From contig CANQAL010000001.1 in assembly GCA_947589255.1 (NCBI GenBank), positions 6,603 through 70,602 on the forward strand: a DNA stretch of 64,000 nt, read 5' to 3'. This document shows positions 55,359 to 64,000 of the stretch, in pieces. A program made the translations under genes and the position numbers. The notes under the pieces were generated by a model, which was given only the letters and a program-made list of their open reading frames with translations, had not been told where the DNA came from and did no database searches. Numbering within the stretch: the stretch's first letter is position 1; each line of letters begins with the position of its first letter. This DNA is from Candidatus Gastranaerophilales bacterium (GTDB lineage Bacteria; Cyanobacteriota; Vampirovibrionia; Gastranaerophilales; Gastranaerophilaceae).

Positions 55359-57947
55359 ATGCACATTAATAAAATACTCTGTTTTATTGTGTTTTTGGCT
55401 TTATTTAAAGTTGGATGTGCTTTTGCCGTTGAAGTTGACAGCTATGGTGAATTTATAGATACATATAGGTCAGGCCCTAAAGACGGTGAAATAAATCTTG
55501 AATGCAATGTGAATATGGATTGTAACTTGGGCTGCCCCGCTTGCGACTTAAAAATAGAAGGGAATGATAATACAATAGACGGTAATGGCTGCGGGGGTAT
55601 TGTGCTTGAACATAACAGAAAGCTTTCCGCCGAGGATGTTACCATGCAAAATTTTACGGACGGGCATGGCGCTGTCTTAAATAATACCGAAGGCTGCAGT
55701 GTAGAAAAGTTTAGCGGTAATTTTGTAAATAATTTCTCGGATGGTGAAGGCGGGGTTATTTACAATGAATCCTCCATTGTTCAAACAAACGGCAGGTTTA
55801 GAAATAATCAATCAAACAACAATGGCGGTGCTATTTGTAATTTGCAAAATGCGGATATCGGCAGTGTATCAGGTGAATTTGACAATAATGTAACTACAAA
55901 AAGTACGGGCGGAGCGATTTGTAATTTCGGAAAAATGGGAAATGTTAATGCCTATTTTAATTCAAACAGGGCGGATGAAGGACAGGGCGGTGCTATAGCA
56001 AATTACGGCAATATAGATTCCGTTCAAGGCAATTATGAAAATAACAGCTCTTATATTTCGGGCGGGGCGGTTTATAATTCGGGTTCTATAGGCTCATTAA
56101 AAGGAAATTTTACGGGAAATTCTACAACGGAAAGCGCTGATTTTGTGGGAGGCGGCGCTGTTTTTAATTACGGAAATATTGATAAACTTTCGGGTACATT
56201 TAAAAATAATACTTCAAACGGTATGGGAGGCGCTATCCATAATGCTTACGGTACTATAAATATTGTATCTGATGAAGAAGATGTTATATTTTCGGGTAAT
56301 AGCGATAGTACAGGTTCTAATGCAATTCATAATGACAGCGGAACAATTAATTTAAATGCCTCAAATAAAAATATTGTTGTAAATGACAAAATTTCGGGCT
56401 ATAGGTCATATACTGATGCAGTAATAAATATTAATTCGCCTGAAATATCAGCGGATAATTCAGGGGTGGTTGAATTAAATAACGAGATTGCGGGTAATAC
56501 GGTTAATATGTTTTCGGGAACATTAAAAATAGGGCATAGCAATGAAACAGGCGGTTACGGAAATTTTACGAATACTGCGAATTTTAACTACTTTGGCGGA
56601 ACGGTTGACCTTCGTGATGAAGATATTCATAATACCAATTTCGGTAATTTAACTTTGCATAACAATATGGACTTAAAACTAGACGGGAGTTTTGAGGATT
56701 TTTTATCGGATACTTTTACGGCAGATTCCTTTGTTTCTAACGGCTATAATATTGATATAACTGATATTTTACTAATGAGTGTAACGGAGGAAAAAAAGTT
56801 TACCATCTCGCCTATCGGCGACAGCATTGATGAAAGTGTTCGGGATTTATTAAAGGAGGCAATAGTATATTCTGCGGGAGATGTTATAAATTCGCCTGTT
56901 TACCGCTACAGAACTTATTATGTTCCTTCTGAAGGCTTAATTTATTTTGAACGGATAGAAAATGATAAGTTTAATCCTTCTGTTTTAGCAAGTGCCGTCG
57001 CCGCTCAGCTCGGCGGATATTTAACCCAGCTGAACTCCTACGAGGAAGCCTTTAGAAGAATGGATATGTATATGCTTTTAACAAAACAGCAAAGACTGAA
57101 TTTAAAAATGATGAATAAATATGCCTCGTCAGATACAACAACCGTTTTAACTTCCGAGGTTACTCAATACGAAAATAAATGCGGATGGATTAGGCCGTAT
57201 TCTATTTTAGAAAAAGTCCCGCTAAAAAACGGGCCTAATGTATCAAATGTTGCTTACGGCACATTTGGGGGCTTGGAATCGGATTTAATAGAATTAAAAA
57301 GAGGCTGGGATTTAATCTGGGGTCCTTATATAGGTTATAACGGCTCTCATCAGGCATATAGAGGAAATGACATCTAACAAAACGGCGGGACTGTCGGCGC
57401 TGTAGCTATGGCATATAAGGGGAATTTTTATTCGGGCGCAACCGCTAATATCAGTTCTAACGGGTGCAATGCTTCTACAATGTACGGAAGTGAAAATTTT
57501 GCTATGCTTATGACGGGAATTGCCTCAAAAAGCGGTTATAATTGGGAATTAAAAGAGGGTAAGTTTATAATTCAGCCCAATTATTTAATGTCTTATACAT
57601 TTGTTGATACATTCTCTTATAAAAATGCAGCAGGCATAAATATTAATACAAAGCCATTATTTGCAGTTCAAATAGCCCCCGGGGTTCAATTAATGGAGAA
57701 TTATAATAACGGCTGGCAACCATTTGCTAATGCCTATATGGTTTGGAATATCCTTGATAAGGCTGAATTTAAAGCTAATGATGTATCACTCCCCGTATTA
57801 AGTGTTAAACCTTTTGTTTTATACGGGGTAGGTGTTAGAAAAGTTATGGGTGAAAGATTTACGGGATTTTATCAAACCTACGTTACAAACGGAGGAAGAA
57901 ACGGGGTAGGAATTAATTTCGGCTTAAGGTGGAAAGTCGGGAATTAA
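55359..57947 (+). pseudogene. Pmp-repeat autotransporter interrupted by one in-frame TAA (57375-57377)
   Basis: Signal peptide, GGA[IV]/FxxN repeats, and a C-terminal beta-barrel ending in ...FGLRWKVGN. Track ORFs 55359..57377 and 57408..57947 are in the same frame, and the 10 codons between them (QNGGTVGAVA) are open. Confidence 0.7.
55644..56348 (+). repeat. about 9 tandem protein-level Pmp-type repeats (F..N ... GGA[IV].N, about 25-28 aa period)
   Basis: GGVIYN, GGAICN (x2), GGAIANY, GGAVYN, GGAVFN and GGAIHN, each preceded by F.NN/F..N. Confidence 0.75.
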
Positions 57948-59380
57948 TCCTCTTTTTTCAATTTGTATTTAAACATTACAAAAATACTTATTATGACTAC
58001 AATTAAAGCGGAATATTTTGAAATATTATAATCAATATTAAATCCGATTTTTGAATTTAAAATGAAAAATGTTGTTATAAAAATATAAAATAACCCCGGA
58101 ATTAAGGTCATAAAATAGTTTTTCTTATTTTTATATAAGTAAACCGTCGCATATAAAAATGTAGGAACGGCTATTAATTGATTTACAAAGTTAAAGTATC
58201 TCCAAACAACCGTAAAACTTCCCGCATTTGATTTTGCCCAGAAAATAACGGAAATTATAATAAATGCAATCGGAATAATTATTAATAACCGATTTTTAAT
58301 TTTTGTTTGATTTAATCCGAAAGCCTCGCCTAAAATCATCCTTAAGCCTCTTAATGCCGTATCACCCGAAGTTATAGGCAATACAACAACTGCAATTGTT
58401 ACAACAAAAGCGAGGAAAGGAAAAACAAATACATCAGCTATACTGTTTATAACATTAACACTTCCTATCAAATTTTGAGGTACAAGGTTTAAAGAATAGA
58501 CATGCATAGCTCCTGCCGCCCAAACCATTGCAATTAATGATTCTATACACATCATCCCGTAAAAAACCTGCCTGCCTTCTTTTTCGCTTGCTATGGTTCT
58601 TGAAATAATTGTTGACTGAGTAGAATGAAACCCCGATAATAATCCGCAGCTTACCGTCATAAAAAATATCGGTAATATATGGACTTTCATCGGATGTTCG
58701 TTTAGATGCGCAAAATTAATATTTTCTAAATTTATTCCGTGAGTAAAAAATCCTATAACAACAAGCCCCGTTCCCGTCAACAGTAAAAGCCCGAATAACG
58801 GATAAAATCTTCCTATTATCTTATCAATGGGAAATAAAGTAGCTAAAATGTAATAAATCGCTATAACGGAATATATACTTATAATTATCGGATTAGAAAG
58901 CGAAAAATCACTTTGATTAAAAAACCTCTCAGCCATTAAATCACCTGCAGTATAAACAAACACAGAGGCTAAAAGTAAAAGCATAACGGATACCACAACT
59001 ATAAAAAATCCGTATGAGCCTTTACCCAGATATTTTTTTATGAGTTCGGTTATCTGCGCACCGTCATTTCTTACGGAAAGCATTCCGCTGAAATAATCGT
59101 GCACCCCGCCCATTAAAATACAGCCTATCGGAATTAACAAAAATGCGACAGGCCCGAATAATATCCCCTGTATTGCACCTAAAATAGGCCCAAGCCCCGC
59201 TATATTTAACAGGTGTATAAGCATATTTTTATTTCGGCTTAACGGAACAAAGTCCACACCGTCATTAATGTTTTCGGCAGGGGTTTTTACATCTTCAATA
59301 CCAAACTGCTTTTCGGTGTATCTTGAATAAAAAATATACCCGATTACCAATATTAAAATTCCAAATAAAAAAGTTAACAT
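57944..59380 (-). CDS. cstA: carbon starvation protein A (peptide/pyruvate transporter family)
   Basis: Polytopic, about 478 aa, CstA-like motifs (HDYFSGM, GPILGAIQG, FHSTQS). Confidence 0.82.
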   Translation of the reverse strand: MLTFLFGILILVIGYIFYSRYTEKQFGIEDVKTPAENINDGVDFVPLSRNKNMLIHLLNIAGLGPILGAIQGILFGPVAFLLIPIGCILMGGVHDYFSGMLSVRNDGAQITELIKKYLGKGSYGFFIVVVSVMLLLLASVFVYTAGDLMAERFFNQSDFSLSNPIIISIYSVIAIYYILATLFPIDKIIGRFYPLFGLLLLTGTGLVVIGFFTHGINLENINFAHLNEHPMKVHILPIFFMTVSCGLLSGFHSTQSTIISRTIASEKEGRQVFYGMMCIESLIAMVWAAGAMHVYSLNLVPQNLIGSVNVINSIADVFVFPFLAFVVTIAVVVLPITSGDTALRGLRMILGEAFGLNQTKIKNRLLIIIPIAFIIISVIFWAKSNAGSFTVVWRYFNFVNQLIAVPTFLYATVYLYKNKKNYFMTLIPGLFYIFITTFFILNSKIGFNIDYNISKYSALIVVIISIFVMFKYKLKKED

Positions 59381-59458
59381 ATATTGAATTATATCATATT
59401 TTTTAACATTGATTTATCATTTATCCGTGTGTTAACATTCTAATAAAAAGGAAATAAT

Positions 59459-60463
59459 ATGTTTAAAACAAAATTAAGAATTTGTTTATTAATTTTAATA
59501 ATATTTTTTAGCGGACTTTATGCCGGAGAAAAAGTAAATGAAAACGGATTAAATTATGATGTTTCAAAAATTGCAATAAATGTAATAAATAAAACATCTT
59601 CCAAAGATATAGAATACAAAAAACAAATCCTTAAAGATTGCGGAAATGAAAATTATACACTTGAAAATCTAAGTCCTGTAGTGGGGCCCGATGAACTCAC
59701 TAAATTCATCAAAGCAAATAATAATAACCCTGATATTTATACACCCTCCGAAGAAAACAGACAAAACGGAAAATTCAGAGCTAATTTTCATATTCATACA
59801 ACAAATTCCGACGGATCTTTAACCGTTGAACAACTTTTAAATACCGCATTAGAATATGCAAAAACTCTGCCCGAAAACGAATATATGTATATAGCTGTTA
59901 CTGACCATAATACGGTTTTAGGTGCTCAGGATATAATAAGAGTTTTGCAAAATAACCCCGGGAAATACTCAAAATTAAGAATTATCCCCGGAATTGAAAT
60001 TTTTACTGAGTATAAGGGTGATAACTCAGGGAAAAAAGATGTCGGAATACATGTTTTAACTTGGTGTATTAATCCTTATAATGAATTTTTGGCTAAGGAA
60101 TTCCATAAAAATAATTTAAACGATAAATGGAATTATATGTCAAAAGATTTTGACGGTGTTATAAAAATGATGAAAGAATACGGAATTGTAGGAGTTGCAC
60201 ATCCTGCAAGGTATTCTTATGAAATGGGCGATATAAGATATGAATATGCAAAAGAAATGCTTGACAGGTATATTAAGGCGGGTAAATCCGATAAACCTTT
60301 ATTTATTGAAGGTTTTTACCAATCATATCCCGATTTTTATGATGTTCAAAATGATAAAGAATTTCAAAAATATTATAATTACATAAATTCCTATGCAGAT
60401 GAAATAAAAATCAACAAAACAGGAAGCACTGATACACACGGAACTTCAATATTTCACCATTAA
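59459..60463 (+). CDS. secreted PHP-domain phosphoesterase
   Basis: Signal peptide. PHP motifs FHIHTTNSDG, VTDHN and VAHPARY, plus a C-terminal TDTHG. Confidence 0.7.
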   Translation: MFKTKLRICLLILIIFFSGLYAGEKVNENGLNYDVSKIAINVINKTSSKDIEYKKQILKDCGNENYTLENLSPVVGPDELTKFIKANNNNPDIYTPSEENRQNGKFRANFHIHTTNSDGSLTVEQLLNTALEYAKTLPENEYMYIAVTDHNTVLGAQDIIRVLQNNPGKYSKLRIIPGIEIFTEYKGDNSGKKDVGIHVLTWCINPYNEFLAKEFHKNNLNDKWNYMSKDFDGVIKMMKEYGIVGVAHPARYSYEMGDIRYEYAKEMLDRYIKAGKSDKPLFIEGFYQSYPDFYDVQNDKEFQKYYNYINSYADEIKINKTGSTDTHGTSIFHH

Positions 60464-60539
60464 AGTACACTTATTATATGATGTAATAATTTAAAGATAT
60501 AATTATAATTTTAATTGTATCAGTAAAAAAGGCACAAAA

Positions 60540-60803
60540 ATGCTTCCTATAGTTACTCAAGAACAATCAAGTTTATGTTTTGCGGAAATTTTTCAGGATG
60601 TCCACGGCTGGCGGAAAAAAATGATTCACTACATAAAAGACGAAAATCCCGAAATAAATTCTGCTATTATAGAAGCTGCACAAAATACTGATTTAGACCC
60701 TAAAGCTGTTGCGCTTGGTGCATATATGACATACATTCTGCTTGAAACAGCAATGAAAGAAGAAGCAGGACAACAGGTTTTTTCTATTGACGATAAACAA
60801 TAG
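60540..60803 (+). CDS. small hypothetical protein
   Basis: ORF only, helical, no motif. Confidence 0.3.
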   Translation: MLPIVTQEQSSLCFAEIFQDVHGWRKKMIHYIKDENPEINSAIIEAAQNTDLDPKAVALGAYMTYILLETAMKEEAGQQVFSIDDKQ

Positions 60804-60805
60804 TT

Positions 60806-62716
60806 TTATTGGATTTGTTCATTTTTTAATACATATATAAAGTCATCGACAAGTTTTTCATTCCATCTTTGACCCGATTCTTCTTTTATAATTTTAATTA
60901 TTTCATCTGCCGTATATGCACTGCGATATGGTCTATCCTGCGTCATTGCATAAAAAGCATCTACCAATAAAACTATTTGCGAAGTTATAGGAATTTCTAT
61001 ACCTGATTTTTTTGAAGGATAACCTTTACCATCCCAATATTCATGATGGTTTTCAATAATAGGTATTACATCTTGAATATTTGAAATAGGTTTTAATATT
61101 TCTCTTGCCGCTATTAAAGGATGCTGATGTATAATTGTTTTTTCTTCCTCCGTTAAAGGTTCTTTTTTATTTAAGATTTCTTCGGGTATCATTATATTTC
61201 CGATATCATACAATAATATTGCAATTTTTAATTTATCAATTTCTTCTTTAGGCAGATCCAATCTTTTTGCTAACAGTACGGCTAAAAGTTGTTTTGATTT
61301 TGTTGTACCGGGTTTATACATTTGGTTATAGGTCTGAGATATCATATCGACTACCGAATATAAGATATCATTTGAATTTTTATCCTCTGTTTTAATTCTT
61401 TGAAGTTTTTGTTTAATAGATAAAGCAATATTTTCGCTGACAGGAATTCGCTTTTTGGAAAGAATATCCATAAATGTTTCAACAGCAACTTTCTGCCAAT
61501 CAACATCAGTGCTGTTTTGGGCGATTTGAACCTGATTTCTTCCGTTCACTTTTGCTTTATACATAGCTTGATCGGCAAGTTCTATAAGTTCATCAATTCT
61601 GTCTGAATGTTCCAAAAATGTTGCGACACCAACACTTGCGGTAATACCGCCTATAGTATCAAGCACCTGATTTTCAATTGATTTTCTGATTCTCTCTGCT
61701 GCAATAGCGGCACCTGATGAATCAACCCCGGGCAAAAGCAGGTTAAATTCTTCTCCGCCTATTCTTGCAGGTATATCTATTGAACGGGCTTCTCTTTTTA
61801 ATACATTTGCGATTGTCTTTATGGCTAAATCCCCATACTGGTGGCCGTAGGTATCATTTATTTTCTTTAAATAGTCTAAATCCATTGATATTATTGAAAA
61901 CTGCTGTTTTAACCTTAATGACCTTTCCGCTTCTTTTATCAGATTTTCTTCAAAATATCTTCTGTTATATATTCCTGTCAAAGGATCTGTAATAGCTTGT
62001 TTTTTAACTTCTTCAAACAGACCTGCAACCGTTATTGCAAGTTCAATCTGATTGGCAAATAAAGACAAAAAGTTAGTTTCGGTATCCGTTATCCCGTCCC
62101 TTTCAGAACTTACAAGCACACATCCGAAATTTTCATTTCCGCTATGCAAAGGTACTACCGTACAGCTTTTTGAAGTCATAGCATTACATGCCTGTATTAA
62201 TTGTTCCTCCGTTAACCTCGGGAACAACATTTTAACCATCCCTTTTATATCGGGTGTTGAATATATTTTTCTTTCATTTATTGATTTAGCAAGCAGTGAA
62301 TTTTCCAAATACGGTATTTTATATGTTTCTTTAGCCTCATCAATTTGCAAAAATATATTATTAACGATTTTACTGACGGAGGAAGATTTTACATTTAAAT
62401 AAGGATATTTACAATTTTCTGTTTCAAGTTTTAATATGCAGGCAAAATTATACCCCATATCTTCGTGCAGAATACTTACGATTTTATCAAGCATACTGGA
62501 TAAGGGCTGGGAAGAATTCATCATTTCCCAAACCGTATTTAAGGTTAAAATGGTTTGATTAGCCTGTTCAAGTTCTTTTGTTCTTGCCGCAATTTCTTCT
62601 TCCAATGCAATATTTTTAGCATAAACATCGGCAAAATCTTTGCCCTTTAAATATATTGAACCATCAAGTTTATTTATTTGTCCCAGTATATCTTTAAAAC
62701 CGCTGAATATTCCCAC
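60806..62716 (-). CDS. GAF / GGDEF / HD-GYP-type three-domain c-di-GMP protein
   Basis: Coiled coil plus GAF. GGDEF domain with I-site and A-site RSIDIPARIGGEEF. The C-terminal module has HHEYWDGKGYP, but its HD position reads LLYDIGN. Confidence 0.85.
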   Translation of the reverse strand: MGIFSGFKDILGQINKLDGSIYLKGKDFADVYAKNIALEEEIAARTKELEQANQTILTLNTVWEMMNSSQPLSSMLDKIVSILHEDMGYNFACILKLETENCKYPYLNVKSSSVSKIVNNIFLQIDEAKETYKIPYLENSLLAKSINERKIYSTPDIKGMVKMLFPRLTEEQLIQACNAMTSKSCTVVPLHSGNENFGCVLVSSERDGITDTETNFLSLFANQIELAITVAGLFEEVKKQAITDPLTGIYNRRYFEENLIKEAERSLRLKQQFSIISMDLDYLKKINDTYGHQYGDLAIKTIANVLKREARSIDIPARIGGEEFNLLLPGVDSSGAAIAAERIRKSIENQVLDTIGGITASVGVATFLEHSDRIDELIELADQAMYKAKVNGRNQVQIAQNSTDVDWQKVAVETFMDILSKKRIPVSENIALSIKQKLQRIKTEDKNSNDILYSVVDMISQTYNQMYKPGTTKSKQLLAVLLAKRLDLPKEEIDKLKIAILLYDIGNIMIPEEILNKKEPLTEEEKTIIHQHPLIAAREILKPISNIQDVIPIIENHHEYWDGKGYPSKKSGIEIPITSQIVLLVDAFYAMTQDRPYRSAYTADEIIKIIKEESGQRWNEKLVDDFIYVLKNEQIQ

Positions 62717-62764
62717 GAACCTGCTACCCGATACTTTTTTAATTATTATATACCCGTTTTTATA

Positions 62765-63823
62765 TTATTGTAATACTTTTTTAAGAATTTGTATAACTTT
62801 ATCAGATTTTATTGAATATGTGCAAAGATTTTTATCGCCGTTTAAGGGGCAATTTTTTTTCATACAAGGAGAACATTCAAGCTCTGATGAAATTGAATAA
62901 TAATTATCACCTAAAGGTTTTGTTCTTGAAGCAGATGTTGCAAAAAATAAAGTTACTATTTTTTCAGCACCTGATGCCCATGCTATATGACAGCTCCCTG
63001 AATCGGGGCTTAAAACCAAATTAGAGTTTTTATAAATATATACTAAATCTTCTATTGTTGTTCTGCCTGATAAATCTATAATATTTCCGCCAATTATAAA
63101 TGAAAGAATTTGTGATGTATATTTTTTTTCTTTTTCTGATGCGGTTATTATAATATTACATTCATCTTTAAACGCATTTATTACATCCACCCAGCCTTTT
63201 ATATGCCAGTGTTTGTTTTTCCAAGTTGTCGCAGGCGCAATTACTATTGTTTTTTTTGTTCTGTCAAGATTATCAACTATATATTTTATTTCATCAGAGC
63301 ATTTTAAATCAGGTATTACTATGGAAGGAGTTAATTCCTCACAGCCTAAATATTTTGCAAATTCCAAATTTCTTTTTACTACATGGAAATATAAATCAAA
63401 TAATTTTCTGCCGGTTTTTATTATTTCATTTGAAAATATCCAAGATAATTCTCTTCCGCCATCTAAAGTAATTTTTCTTTTTGCGCCCGATAATCCCATT
63501 ATTACTGCGCTTTTTAATAATTGCTGAGTATCTATTACAATATCATATTTTTCTTTTCGGATTTTTTTTATTATGTCTAAAAATTCAAAAAAGTTTTTTA
63601 ATTTGTTTTTAGATTCGCTCCATTTATTTTTTGGAATAATACAAACTCTGTTTATTAAAGGATTATTTACAATAAATTTAGAAGCCTTATCTTCTATAAC
63701 CCAGTCTAATATAATATCAGGATATTTTTTTCTTAAAGCATTTGCTAAGGGAATTGTATGAATTGTATCACCTATTGCACTTAATCTTATTATTAATACT
63801 TTTTTATTAATTAAATCTTCCAT
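62765..63823 (-). CDS. family 9 glycosyltransferase (LPS heptosyltransferase-like)
   Basis: VLIIRLSAIGDTIHTIPLANALRKKYP N-terminus and the C-terminal motif SPDSGSCHIAWA. Confidence 0.8.
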   Translation of the reverse strand: MEDLINKKVLIIRLSAIGDTIHTIPLANALRKKYPDIILDWVIEDKASKFIVNNPLINRVCIIPKNKWSESKNKLKNFFEFLDIIKKIRKEKYDIVIDTQQLLKSAVIMGLSGAKRKITLDGGRELSWIFSNEIIKTGRKLFDLYFHVVKRNLEFAKYLGCEELTPSIVIPDLKCSDEIKYIVDNLDRTKKTIVIAPATTWKNKHWHIKGWVDVINAFKDECNIIITASEKEKKYTSQILSFIIGGNIIDLSGRTTIEDLVYIYKNSNLVLSPDSGSCHIAWASGAEKIVTLFFATSASRTKPLGDNYYSISSELECSPCMKKNCPLNGDKNLCTYSIKSDKVIQILKKVLQ

Positions 63824-64000
63824 ATATTTAGTTTAAAACAAACATAAAAAATACAATAAAAGTTTACATTTGAAACATTATTTTAAGCTTTTTGGGGGAA
63901 TGATTTTTTTAAGAATTTTATTATTATAAAAATGTCAGGAACAAATGGTTAATTATCTGCATATCATACAGTTAGGATATTTATTTTATGAACAGAAAAC

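Noticed and set aside
41996-57377. Two otherwise intact genes (the HigB-like toxin and the autotransporter) each contain one in-frame TAA, so I considered TAA reassignment or programmed readthrough.
   Set aside because: TAA is the regular terminator of most well-defined genes in this window, and all other long genes are uninterrupted. Two independent nonsense lesions in accessory genes are the simpler explanation. Read-level verification is still advised.

Overview
This is 64 kb of a visibly A+T-rich bacterial chromosome. The standard code 11 reads all long ORFs intact, and TAA is the dominant stop codon. The gene content points to a diderm, probably anaerobic organism: lipid A genes lpxD-lpxC-fabZ-lpxA, an ADP-heptose gene plus a heptosyltransferase, an autotransporter, class III anaerobic ribonucleotide reductase nrdDG, comEC and cstA. 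I cannot assign a taxon from the sequence alone. I count about 60 protein-coding genes. Most are housekeeping (gltX, trpS, tilS-hpt, mfd, fabF, wecB, peptide ABC permeases) or envelope and glycan functions. By eye I see no rRNA, tRNA, CRISPR array, transposase, integrase or reverse transcriptase.

The features that ordinary annotation does not explain are:
1. A 30-nt GC-rich intergenic element occurs three times on the same strand (29/30 and 24/30 identity). Related GC-rich patches sit nearby, and one copy lies in a long putative 5' leader.
2. A C9 homopolymer sits in the 18-bp spacer of a near-consensus extended -10 promoter, upstream of a glycan-type methyltransferase. This looks like a candidate phase-variation switch.
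3. A 1.1 kb islet is bracketed by perfect 33-bp direct repeats between rfaE and lpxD. It carries two tiny membrane ORFs and a HigA-like antitoxin, and its Gp49/HigB-like toxin has a TAA at codon 3.
4. A tight four-gene operon encodes envelope proteins: a glycine-zipper protein with a VirB10/TrbI-like core, a polytopic protein, and two proteins with TonB/TolA C-terminal-like domains, one of them with a zinc ribbon. No ExbBD/TolQR genes are nearby.
5. Two tandem membrane-anchored AAA+ proteins have degenerate catalytic motifs.
6. A Pmp-repeat autotransporter is split by a single in-frame TAA.
7. Two c-di-GMP proteins carry non-canonical HD-GYP motifs.

All family calls rest on motif recognition by eye. 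No database search was run.
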